Below, in pieces: positions 18,438 to 27,172 of a stretch of 64,000 nucleotides of DNA; position 1 is the stretch's first letter; every line of letters begins with the position of its first letter. Both the position numbers and the translations under genes were made by a program. The stretch comes from Nitrosopumilus sp. (lineage in GTDB: Archaea; Thermoproteota; Nitrososphaeria; Nitrososphaerales; Nitrosopumilaceae): NCBI GenBank assembly GCA_965207075.1, contig CBDBLO010000002.1:1568001-1632000 (forward strand), in the 5' to 3' direction. A model generated the notes under the pieces. It worked only from the letters and a program-made list of their open reading frames with translations, did not search any database and was not told the origin of the DNA.

Positions 18438-19864
18438 AATTCTGTTTCCTAATTGCACCAGTAGGCACCCGCCTGGCCGGGTGTTTTTTGCATGTTAGTC
18501 AGGTATTTTTCGCCTTGGGTGTTAAGTGTGCATGACACGATGTCCCACCGCACACAAATGATGGGACAAAGATGCCAGGCACAAGGCATACTTGCAGGGC
18601 ATGGCTTTAAGCATGGCGCGGCGGCGCGGTCCGTCCGCAGAGGAGGGGACTGTCCGTGAGCAGGGCCGGGCGCGGCGCGGCTGCAAAGACTGACAACGAA
18701 AAGTACGTCAGGCGCGGCGCGGATCTGGTCATTGAATATGATCCGGAGTGGGAGGATGACGTAAGGCGCGCAAACGAGGGCAAGGTGGGCGCCCCGTACC
18801 AGTACGCGGACACGCTCATCATGCTGGCCGCCGGCATCAGGGTCGCGCAGGGGGTCCGGTACAGGCAGCTCCAGGGGATGGTCGGCAAGATGATAGGCAG
18901 GTCCAACGCGCCCGTGTTCAGCCAGCTGTGCAAGCGGATCAACGGGCTTGACGCGGACATCCGCCGGGGCCCGGACGGGATGGTGACGGTGTCGGACAGG
19001 GAGGGGCCGCGGGTGCTGGCGCTCGACGCGAGCGGGCTCAAGCAGCACAACAGGGGCGAATGGATGAGGGCCAAGTGGAAGGTGAGGCGGGGCTTTGTAA
19101 AGATGCACGTGCTGGTCGACACGGAGACCATGAAGATACTCGCGCTGGAGGTCACCGACGACTCCGTGGGAGACCCGACCATGTTCGAGTCGCTGCTCGG
19201 ACAGGTCGTGGACGCGGACGGCGCCAATGCGGAGGACGGCACGCGGCACGCGGAGCCGCCCGCCGCGCCCCGCTCCGACGGCGGCGGTCCGAGGTACGAA
19301 AACCTGCTCGCGTCCGGCGTCTCCCCGCTCGCGTCGTTCTTCCCGGGCGCCCCCCGGGACCGGACCGCGCCCGACCTCCTGCTCGGCGATGCCGCGTACG
19401 GCTCAAGAAAAAACATATCCGCGTGCGCGCGGGCCGGGGTGACACCGGGCATTGCGCACACCGTCAACGTGACGGCGCGCGGCAAGGGATCCGGAGACGC
19501 GTGGGGCATGTCGGTAAGGGACCAGATGGGCGGAAGCCCCGACGCGACGCGCCTGGACCTGATGGGCAGGGAGCAGAAGAGGGAGAACCAGACGTACTGG
19601 AAGGCCCGCATAGGCTACGGCTTTCGCTGGCTCGTGGAGAGCGTGTTTTCGGCGTTCAAGCGCCTGTTCGGAGAGCACCTGTTGGCCCTCAAGTGGGAAA
19701 ACATCGTGCAGGAGGTAAAACTCAAGGTGATCCAGTACAACAAGTGGAGGGACGAGTCGATAGTGCGGGAGGCGGGAGGCGGGACGTCCTGATGGCATGA
19801 CGCCCATGTCGCCGTCCGATAGGGACTCGGCAGGCATCCAGATGGCGAATTAGGAAACAAAGTT
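18438..19864 (+). mobile_element. IS5-family (IS903/ISH1-like) element A
   Basis: 17-bp TIRs matching 15/17 (AATTCTGTTTCCTAATT / AACTTTGTTTCCTAATT). Flanked by CAATCATT at 18430-18437 and 19865-19872. Confidence 0.9.
18656..19792 (+). CDS. IS5-family DDE transposase
   Basis: DASGLK..RGEW, KMHVLVD, GDAAY, YGFRWLVESVFSAFKR. Confidence 0.92.
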   Translation: MSRAGRGAAAKTDNEKYVRRGADLVIEYDPEWEDDVRRANEGKVGAPYQYADTLIMLAAGIRVAQGVRYRQLQGMVGKMIGRSNAPVFSQLCKRINGLDADIRRGPDGMVTVSDREGPRVLALDASGLKQHNRGEWMRAKWKVRRGFVKMHVLVDTETMKILALEVTDDSVGDPTMFESLLGQVVDADGANAEDGTRHAEPPAAPRSDGGGPRYENLLASGVSPLASFFPGAPRDRTAPDLLLGDAAYGSRKNISACARAGVTPGIAHTVNVTARGKGSGDAWGMSVRDQMGGSPDATRLDLMGREQKRENQTYWKARIGYGFRWLVESVFSAFKRLFGEHLLALKWENIVQEVKLKVIQYNKWRDESIVREAGGGTS

Positions 19865-19872
19865 CAATCATT

Positions 19873-21132
19873 TAGTCTGTTGCATAACTCAGCACAGCCC
19901 GTCACAAGAGCCATGTCCTGACATGCCGTCTGATGTTCCTACGCTCCTACCTCCTGCCACCTGTTGTACTGGGCCGCCCTGAGTCGTATCTCCTGCACCA
20001 TGTGTTCCCACTTGCGCGAGTGCATGTGGTCCCCGAACATCCTCTTGAACGCGGATATGATTATCTCGATCAGCCACCTCCTGTTGTAGCCCACCCTGCT
20101 CTTCCAGTACCTCTTGTTCTCCTCCCTCTCCTCCATGCCGATGCTGCTTACGCGCGTCTCCGGACTGCCTCCGAGCTGCTCCCGTACCGCCTCGCCCCAC
20201 GCGTCACCCGTGCCCATGCCCCTGGCATTGCACCTTGCCTGGATTGGAATGAGCGGCCTGATGCCCATGTCCTTGCATTCCTGCACGTTGGCCCGTGAGG
20301 CGTATGCCCCGTCTGCCATCAGGCATGCCCCGCGGGAACCGGGCCGCCGGCCGCACAGCAGCGCAAGCGGCGACATGCCTTCTGCAAGGTTGTTGGGCGG
20401 GGGCAGATCCACGCGCGGTATCGGGCCGCCTGCCGCGCCCGTCCTTCCGCGGATTAGCGCCGCGCGCCCGCCCGGCCTTTCCCGCCGTTTACGGTCCCTC
20501 CGCCCCGCCACGGTTCCCAGCAGATCCTCCAGCACCGGGGAGTCGCCCACCTTGTCGTCGGTCACCATCACTGCAAGTATCCTCTTGGTGCCTGCGTCTG
20601 CCAGCAGGTGTATCTTGACAAACCCCCGCCTGACCCTCCACTTTTGGCGTATCCACTCCCCGCGGTTGCACTGCTTGAGGCCCGACGAGTCTGCCAGCAG
20701 CATCATGTGCGCGCTCCCGTCCGAGACGCGGACAAGGCCGCCGTCGATGTCCACGTCAAGGCGGTTTATCCTCCTGCACAGTATGGAGTAGTGCGGCGAG
20801 TCATGTCCCTCCAGCATCGCTGCAAGGAACCCGGACAGCTGCCTGTACTGCATTCCCAGCGCGGTCCTCAGCGCGGCCGCGGCCATGATCAGCCCGTCGG
20901 CATACCTGAACGGGGCGCCCTCCTTGGAGCAGTTGGCCTCCGTCAGGTCTTCCTCCCAGCCCGGATCATGGGCCACTGCCAGCCCCTTTCCGCGCCTGAC
21001 GTATTTTGCATTGTCAGTTGCCAACAGATATCGTATCCAGCCGTGATCTTTAGCTTTTTCGGTTTGGCGTGGTTAGATCAGCGGGTCATCTGTATTGCAC
21101 CGGGCAATTCTGGGGAGTTATGCAACAGACTA
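19873..21132 (-). mobile_element. IS5-family element B
   Basis: Perfect 18-bp TIR TAGTCTGTTGCATAACTC (19873-19890 and 21115-21132). CAATCATT on both sides. Confidence 0.93.
19939..21024 (-). CDS. IS5-family DDE transposase
   Basis: DSSGLK..RGEW, ADGAY, YNRRWLIEIIISAFKR. Confidence 0.92.
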   Translation of the reverse strand: MATDNAKYVRRGKGLAVAHDPGWEEDLTEANCSKEGAPFRYADGLIMAAAALRTALGMQYRQLSGFLAAMLEGHDSPHYSILCRRINRLDVDIDGGLVRVSDGSAHMMLLADSSGLKQCNRGEWIRQKWRVRRGFVKIHLLADAGTKRILAVMVTDDKVGDSPVLEDLLGTVAGRRDRKRRERPGGRAALIRGRTGAAGGPIPRVDLPPPNNLAEGMSPLALLCGRRPGSRGACLMADGAYASRANVQECKDMGIRPLIPIQARCNARGMGTGDAWGEAVREQLGGSPETRVSSIGMEEREENKRYWKSRVGYNRRWLIEIIISAFKRMFGDHMHSRKWEHMVQEIRLRAAQYNRWQEVGA

Positions 21133-21462
21133 CAATCATTCACGGTAACTGCCGACCCGCGGTTACAAACCCGTCGGCGTCTGTCAGAGGCAACCACCAG
21201 AATACCAGTTTGCCACGGCGGCACGCACCCATATGGCCGCGTATCAGGGACGCGCTCGAGTTGCGGCCCGACGGCGCGTATAACCTGCAGAGTCCAAAGC
21301 CGTCGGCAATGCGGCGCGCCGCCGAGCCTCCCGCCGGAGGGCAACCGACGCAGGCCGCTTCCATTCAGGATGGTCGCTTGTCTGACGCACCCCGCCAGGC
21401 CACCGCATCGCGTCACCTTTCCGCAGATTGTCATTCGTTAATAACCCCCGCCCTGCCACAAC

Positions 21463-22209
21463 ATGCCGATGAATGACAACGTCAAGAATGTCATCTACGC
21501 GGTTGCGGCTGTGTTGGTGACTGTTCCTGCATTGCATTACGCGGGAGATTACGTCCAGTTTCACCGGCACATGATGGGCCTCGACATTGACGACGGCTCC
21601 TGCGATGCTGCCTGCGCGGCAGAGCTCATGACCGGGTGGTATGACGAGTATGAAGAAGGCTATGCGTGCGTGGAGGTCAGCCCGGACAGGTACGTCTGCC
21701 GGCCACCGCGCGGGGCCGACAACCTCCTGAGGGAAGGCTACCAACCCATGCAGATAGCGGCGCCCAACTTGTCGCACGGCGAAATCTTTGTTGTCGCGGC
21801 CGACGGCAGCGACAGAGGCTTCTACCAAGTCGGCGAGGTGGTCTTGGTTGACAAGCAAGCGGACATAATCACGATCAGCTTTTACGCCCCCGAGCCGGCA
21901 GGTGACAGTGACGCAATCCACATGGCCCAGATGTCGCCCGGCGACACCTACGTGCAGTGTCATCTGGAGATGCAAGACCTCTTCCATCTGGTGGAGTACA
22001 CAGGGACGTTTGATCTGGACGGGACGACGATGGCGGAGTTCTGGGCCGCCCACATAGGGCCCCAGCCGCCCGAGCTGTCGCCGTGCGACCCCAAGAAGGT
22101 AATCAGCAGGAGCCTCCAGATTGACTACGATCTGGGGCTGCCCCCGTACGAGGAATTCGAGCGCGTGTTCATGGAAAAGCAGTCGCGGCAGCACGGCCCG
22201 CTCCCGTGA
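21463..22209 (+). CDS. Hypothetical protein with N-terminal membrane anchor or signal and several Cys
   Basis: Long ORF, hydrophobic N-terminus, TTAATA box upstream. Confidence 0.65.
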   Translation: MPMNDNVKNVIYAVAAVLVTVPALHYAGDYVQFHRHMMGLDIDDGSCDAACAAELMTGWYDEYEEGYACVEVSPDRYVCRPPRGADNLLREGYQPMQIAAPNLSHGEIFVVAADGSDRGFYQVGEVVLVDKQADIITISFYAPEPAGDSDAIHMAQMSPGDTYVQCHLEMQDLFHLVEYTGTFDLDGTTMAEFWAAHIGPQPPELSPCDPKKVISRSLQIDYDLGLPPYEEFERVFMEKQSRQHGPLP

Positions 22210-22381
22210 TTTTCGCTTGACGCCGCGTTCGGCCTTTGCGTGCATGATCTGCAGAGTGCGGTCTATTTTTAGGCGGCTGCCGGAACTCCCGTTGTCGGTA
22301 TCGGGATGGCGTCCGTAGTACAAAAAAGGAGGCGGGCCTGCTCACAAGGTTTAAACCGATACCGCATGTGACAACAGCGGC

Positions 22382-22786
22382 TTGGGCGAGAGCGGCAGCG
22401 TAATCAGCGTGATCGAGGAGTTCTTCAGGGCGGGGATCACAAAGGACCTGTCGAGGCTCGGGGAGATACAGCTTGACGACTCGAGGTTCTCGAGCTTCAG
22501 CGACCTGCCGCCGTACGACCTCAAGGGGTACAGGGAGACCATTGAGCTCGAAGAGCTGCGCTTTGTGAGCATATCGGACTATTCATACGAGATAAAGAAC
22601 CCAAAGATAAGCGTGTACGATGACGCGGCGGTGGTGGCAGCAGAACTGGTGCAGACCGGCATGCTGGTAGACAACAAGTCGTTTACAGGCAAGCACATGA
22701 CCGTGTCGGGACGAGCGACGTTCGTACTGATAAAGGATGGCGCCGCATGGAAGATAGTCCACATACACCTCTCAAGGACGGACTGA
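22382..22786 (+). CDS. NTF2/SnoaL-like fold protein
   Basis: GRATFVL.....WKIVHIHLS C-terminus, TTTAAA box upstream, TTG start. Confidence 0.8.
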   Translation: MGESGSVISVIEEFFRAGITKDLSRLGEIQLDDSRFSSFSDLPPYDLKGYRETIELEELRFVSISDYSYEIKNPKISVYDDAAVVAAELVQTGMLVDNKSFTGKHMTVSGRATFVLIKDGAAWKIVHIHLSRTD

Positions 22787-22829
22787 CCGGGAGGTTAGAA
22801 GCTGCTGGCGTCCTCGTCATCGTCGCGCG

Positions 22830-24026
22830 CTAGCCGGACTTTGCCAAGTCAAGATACATGCGATACGCCTGGTCCACGTCGTTTGCGCCGTGAACGATGG
22901 AGCGGACCGCGCGTATCATTGCGACCGGGTGGTCTGACTGCCATATGTTGCGCCCCATGTCCACCCCTACCGCGCCCCCGCGTATGGAATTGTATGTGAG
23001 CTCCAGCGCGTCCCGCTCGGGTATCTTTTTCCCGCCGGCAACTATAATCGGGACGGGGCACGACCTTGTGACCTTTTCAAAGTCCTCGCAATAGTACGTC
23101 TTTACAATGTGCGCGCCCTGCTCGGCGGCGATCCTGCACGCAAGCGACAGGTATCTGGCGTCCTTGCCGAGTTCCTTGCCGACTGCCGTGACGGCGAGTA
23201 CCGGGATGCCGTACTCCTGCGCCTGGCCTACAAGCCGACCTAGATTCGCTATGGTCTGGTACTCGTACTTTGAGCCGACAAAGATGGAGAGCGCAAGGGC
23301 CGAGGCGTTGAGCCTTATGGCGTCCTGTATGGATACCGTGACATCCTCCTGTGATAGATCCTCCCCTATGATGCTAGAACCGCCGGATACGCGAAGTACC
23401 ATTGGGGTCCGGGTGGTCGGAGGAACCGACGTGCGCTGGACTCCGCGCGTCAGCATGAGCGAGTCGCAGTATTCCAAGAGGGGGGCTATGACCCTGTCGG
23501 GCTCCTCGAGCCTCTCAGTGGGCCCTAGAAAGTATCCGTGATCCACGGCAAGCATAAGGGCGCGGTTGTCCTCGGGCCTGATTATGGATGCCATTCTGTT
23601 TGCAAGCCCCCAGTCCATTCCGCCAAGATTCGGGCCGCGCGTGGCAACAACAGTGGCGGCTGAGTTGGCAGTCGTCGTCGCAGCACCGTTCCGTCCTTTC
23701 TGCGGCTTGGAGTTCGGTGTCTTTGTCGCCCGTTTTGGCTCGGGGGCAGATGCGGGTTTTGTCTTGGTAGGATTCGGGGCCGCCGCCTCTGCGGCCGTCG
23801 CGGCGTATCCGGAGTGGACGGTTGCCAGCCTCTCCTTGCCTGCCTTTGAGCGCGGCTTTGTCCTGAGCTTGGTACCGCAGCACTGGCAGTGCATGTTTGC
23901 AGTGTCAAAGAACACGCCGCACGTGTTGCAGCGGCGCTGCCCCACCTCGTATCTGCCCCTGCCGTCGGCCGGCTTGGAGGCCTTTGAATCGACACACATC
24001 TGCTTGCACTCCAACACTGAACGCAT
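22830..24026 (-). CDS. lsrF: LsrF-like class I (DhnA-type) aldolase/thiolase, in frame with an N-terminal Zn-ribbon domain
   Basis: MLAVDHGYFLGP, AHIVKTYY, IVAGGKK, GVDMGRNIWQ. The catalytic domain begins at MDWG (about 23618). Confidence 0.8.
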   Translation of the reverse strand: MRSVLECKQMCVDSKASKPADGRGRYEVGQRRCNTCGVFFDTANMHCQCCGTKLRTKPRSKAGKERLATVHSGYAATAAEAAAPNPTKTKPASAPEPKRATKTPNSKPQKGRNGAATTTANSAATVVATRGPNLGGMDWGLANRMASIIRPEDNRALMLAVDHGYFLGPTERLEEPDRVIAPLLEYCDSLMLTRGVQRTSVPPTTRTPMVLRVSGGSSIIGEDLSQEDVTVSIQDAIRLNASALALSIFVGSKYEYQTIANLGRLVGQAQEYGIPVLAVTAVGKELGKDARYLSLACRIAAEQGAHIVKTYYCEDFEKVTRSCPVPIIVAGGKKIPERDALELTYNSIRGGAVGVDMGRNIWQSDHPVAMIRAVRSIVHGANDVDQAYRMYLDLAKSG

Positions 24027-24069
24027 GCCGCCCGTCTAAATATAAGCCTAGACGGGTGGCCGCCGCGGG

Positions 24070-25149
24070 TCAGTCGCCCGTAATTATTATCTTCATCGCC
24101 CCGTCTCCCGCGCGCGCGTGCTCAAACGCCCTCTGCGAGTCGGACAGGCCGTAGGAGTGCGTGACGAGCCGGCCGACGTCGATCTTTCCAGACTCGATCA
24201 GTTCGAGTGCCTCGGCGGTATCGCGGTCAGACGCGGCATAGCTTGTAAGAAGGGTGATCTCGCGCGAGTAGATGTCGGCCATGTCTGCCTCCATCGTCGC
24301 GCCCTTTGACGGCACGCCGAACATCATCACCGTGCCGCCCTTGCGCGTCATGGATATCGCGTCCGCGAGGGCCTGAATGCTGCTCGTGGCCACTATCGAC
24401 ACGTCGGCGCCAAGCCCCCCGCTCTGGCCCAGTATCACGTCCCGCCGCGAGCCGTCATCGGAGCGCACCGTCCGTACGGCCGACGGGGAGTCCTCTCCCA
24501 TTACACCCGATGCAAACTGCAGGCGGTAGTCGTTCAGGTCAAGGCACGTTATGCTCGACGAGTTCCGCATCGCCGCAAGCATGACGTGCATTATACCGGT
24601 CGGCCCCACGCCGTACACTGCCACGCTGTCCCCAGGACGGTGGTCGATCTTGCGCCACGCCCTCACGCAGCACGCAAGCGGCTCTATCATCGCGGCCTCG
24701 GCAAACGTGGTGGAGTCAGACAGCTTTAGGACGCCCCCGTGCGAGACGTTCCATGCAGGAACCACGTACCGCTCCGAGAGGCCGCACGGCGACAGGTTGG
24801 TCTCGTAGTATCTCGGGCACATGGTCTCCTGTCCGTGCGCGCATAGGTGGCACGAGTAGCACGGGACGTGGTGATGCGTAAAGACCCTGTCGCCCCTGGA
24901 GAACCCTACGGGGCGTGCGCCGCCATCGGGGTCGTCAGCGACAGGCTCCCCCACGTCCGCCACGACCCCGGCAGGCTCGTGGCCGAGCCGCATCGACGGC
25001 TGCCCGTACTGCCCGAACACCTTCTCAAGGTCAGAGCCGCATATGCCACAGGCCTTCATCTCGACTACGAGTTCGCCGGGCCCCGGCCTGGCATCCTCAT
25101 TATCAAGCACCCTCACCTGCGATGGCCCCGCCACCGTTACGGTCTTCAT
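24070..25149 (-). CDS. Zinc-dependent alcohol/polyol dehydrogenase (MDR family)
   Basis: CGICGSD, GHE, structural Zn CxxCxxC...C, GVGPTG. Confidence 0.9.
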   Translation of the reverse strand: MKTVTVAGPSQVRVLDNEDARPGPGELVVEMKACGICGSDLEKVFGQYGQPSMRLGHEPAGVVADVGEPVADDPDGGARPVGFSRGDRVFTHHHVPCYSCHLCAHGQETMCPRYYETNLSPCGLSERYVVPAWNVSHGGVLKLSDSTTFAEAAMIEPLACCVRAWRKIDHRPGDSVAVYGVGPTGIMHVMLAAMRNSSSITCLDLNDYRLQFASGVMGEDSPSAVRTVRSDDGSRRDVILGQSGGLGADVSIVATSSIQALADAISMTRKGGTVMMFGVPSKGATMEADMADIYSREITLLTSYAASDRDTAEALELIESGKIDVGRLVTHSYGLSDSQRAFEHARAGDGAMKIIITGD

Positions 25150-25218
25150 TAGAATCGGATGCGCGCGGCCAGCCATAAATAGAATGCCAATTGGGTCACC
25201 GCTAGCAGACGCTGGCAG

Positions 25219-25512
25219 TCAGACCCCAAGGATCTTTTTTAGCATCGCCCTGTAGTCGACCTCTGTCTTTTCGCTTCCGGCCGCAGGCAGTGCAAACACT
25301 AGGGCGGACTTTTCTGCGCGCAGCGCCGTCAGCGCGTCCCCGATCTCCTTTGTCACGTCGTCGCTTACCAGCACCAGCCCCACATCGGAGTCGTCGGTCA
25401 GCTTGCGTATGTGCCCGAGCGCCTCGCGCGGATCCTCGGATATCACGCCCTGGACCCCAGCAAGCTGAAAGCTAGTAACAAATGACTTGCTACCAACCGT
25501 GACTACTTTCAT
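25219..25512 (-). CDS. atpF: A/V-type ATP synthase subunit F
   Basis: VGSKSFVTSFQLAGV...LKKILGV, 97 aa. Confidence 0.85.
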   Translation of the reverse strand: MKVVTVGSKSFVTSFQLAGVQGVISEDPREALGHIRKLTDDSDVGLVLVSDDVTKEIGDALTALRAEKSALVFALPAAGSEKTEVDYRAMLKKILGV

Positions 25513-25840
25513 GCCCTGCCGACTGCCCGTTCCAATTTAACCCTATTGCGGCCGCCGTCGTCTTCGAGGGGGATCGCCCCCTCCCCCTTGCGCACCATGC
25601 ATGTGCTCTGGAACCCCGATGCGCAAGGTGGATCTCGATACGGAACAGGGCCGTGCGCACACTCTTGTGCCCATCAGTTGGCCGCCGGCTCACGCTCAGG
25701 CCGTTGAAGTTCTACACCCAGAATGGCAGGACATGGAGAGTCCGGAAACGAATGCGGGATAGACCCGAGGGTGCGTATGGCCGCCACGCGGATCACGTTA
25801 GTCAGAAAGGTTGATTTACCGCCAGTCTCGACCGCACTGC

Positions 25841-26140
25841 ATGGCAGAGTACGACACTACAAAAGACGTCTACCTCTTCTTACACGGCAGGATGGACCTC
25901 AGGGAAAAGGCGACGGCCGCCCTGACATCCTCGGGATTTGATGCGGACAAGATAACAATGGCAAGGCCAGATGCCGTGGGGAACGTGGACGACTACATGG
26001 CCATGCTCTGGATGCCGCCCAACCCGGATCACATAAAGATACAGCGCATAACAAAGGTCGAGCAGGTGGAGCCGGAGGGCATGATAGGACTGTGGAAGGG
26101 CGTATCCAGCGACGTGATAGATACAATACCGCTTGGGTGA
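25841..26140 (+). CDS. Conserved hypothetical protein
   Basis: Protein-like ORF starting MAEYDTTKDVYLFLHGR. Confidence 0.7.
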   Translation: MAEYDTTKDVYLFLHGRMDLREKATAALTSSGFDADKITMARPDAVGNVDDYMAMLWMPPNPDHIKIQRITKVEQVEPEGMIGLWKGVSSDVIDTIPLG

Positions 26141-26141
26141 G

Positions 26142-26441
26142 CTAGCTAAAGCCGGCCCCGAACTCGGAGCCCTGGTCAAGTATGCTTGTGCCCCGGCCGC
26201 GACTGCCGCCGCTCTCATCAGAGGCCTTCATCTTACGGTACAAGAGGGCCTCGTATACGACGTTCAACGCCTTTTCGTCCTTGTTCTCGTCGGATTCTGA
26301 AATGCCGCATGCGTCAAGGCGCACCTGCCGCGCATACGGCTCAAGCTTGCCGTGGTCCTGCTCGTCGGCAGGGATCCCGTCGTGCAGCATCAGGTTTGCC
26401 AGTCTCTCCACTTCTGAGTTGATTCCGATCTCATCGGGCAT
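26142..26441 (-). CDS. Hypothetical protein
   Basis: Protein-like ORF. Start uncertain (26441 or 26465). Confidence 0.6.
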   Translation of the reverse strand: MPDEIGINSEVERLANLMLHDGIPADEQDHGKLEPYARQVRLDACGISESDENKDEKALNVVYEALLYRKMKASDESGGSRGRGTSILDQGSEFGAGFS

Positions 26442-26588
26442 CTGCACGCATTCCTCCCATGTCAACTATGGATACGCGCAGGAACCCTATTAACTGTGGC
26501 ATTTGGGAAGGGGCGCCAGCCCATGACCAGACATCCCCGTGATACGCCAACGGCGACAACCACCTACAGAGACAGCAGCGCAGGTGCC

Positions 26589-26963
26589 TTATAGTTCCGG
26601 CACGAGCCCCCGTACAAAATCGTCAAACTCCTCGTCGCCAAACACAATCACCTCGGCCTTTCCAGAGTCCAACGCAACGCGGGCCGACTTTATGTGATAG
26701 CACGATGGATCCCCGCCGCGCGTCATCGCAAAATAGAACGCGCGGCACGAGCAGAACCCCATGCCCGAGTCCACCCAGTGCTCGCCCCCCTTTCCCACCA
26801 CGGTCATTACGCTCCTCCCACTCGGTTCAAACCGGTGCACCTTCACCCTGCCTGCCGACGCGGTAGATAGGGCCCTGGCGGCAGCGGAATCCGGGGGGGC
26901 GTCGGCCTCCGTACCAGCTGCTGCCGAGGAAGAGTCATGCGCGCTCACAACGGTTAGTCGCAT
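26589..26963 (-). CDS. SWIM zinc-finger protein
   Basis: FCSC.......CYH motif. Confidence 0.8.
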   Translation of the reverse strand: MRLTVVSAHDSSSAAAGTEADAPPDSAAARALSTASAGRVKVHRFEPSGRSVMTVVGKGGEHWVDSGMGFCSCRAFYFAMTRGGDPSCYHIKSARVALDSGKAEVIVFGDEEFDDFVRGLVPEL

Positions 26964-27172
26964 GCGGTGCGTATAACGCTATGTCCCATCCAAGGATACC
27001 CGGGGCGGCCCATCATGCGTGCGGAGCGCGTGGCGGCGGTGGCTGCCGGCGAGGGGTCCGGCGGCAGCGGAGCCGCAAGGCACCTGCGCACCACGGGCGT
27101 GTCCCTGTCCGTCGCGCGCTGTCGTCACGGCGCTTGGCGGCGCCTATTCTCAGACCACCGTCGTCGTCGTCG

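Noticed and set aside
18438-21132. Composite transposon
   Set aside because: There is no cargo between the elements, their TIRs differ, and the TSD also lies between them, which indicates two insertions.
25520-25830. Possible tRNA or ncRNA in GC-rich intergenic stretches (also 21141-21440 and 55770-55880)
   Set aside because: Only isolated hairpins were seen, with no cloverleaf, T-loop or recognisable RNA family.
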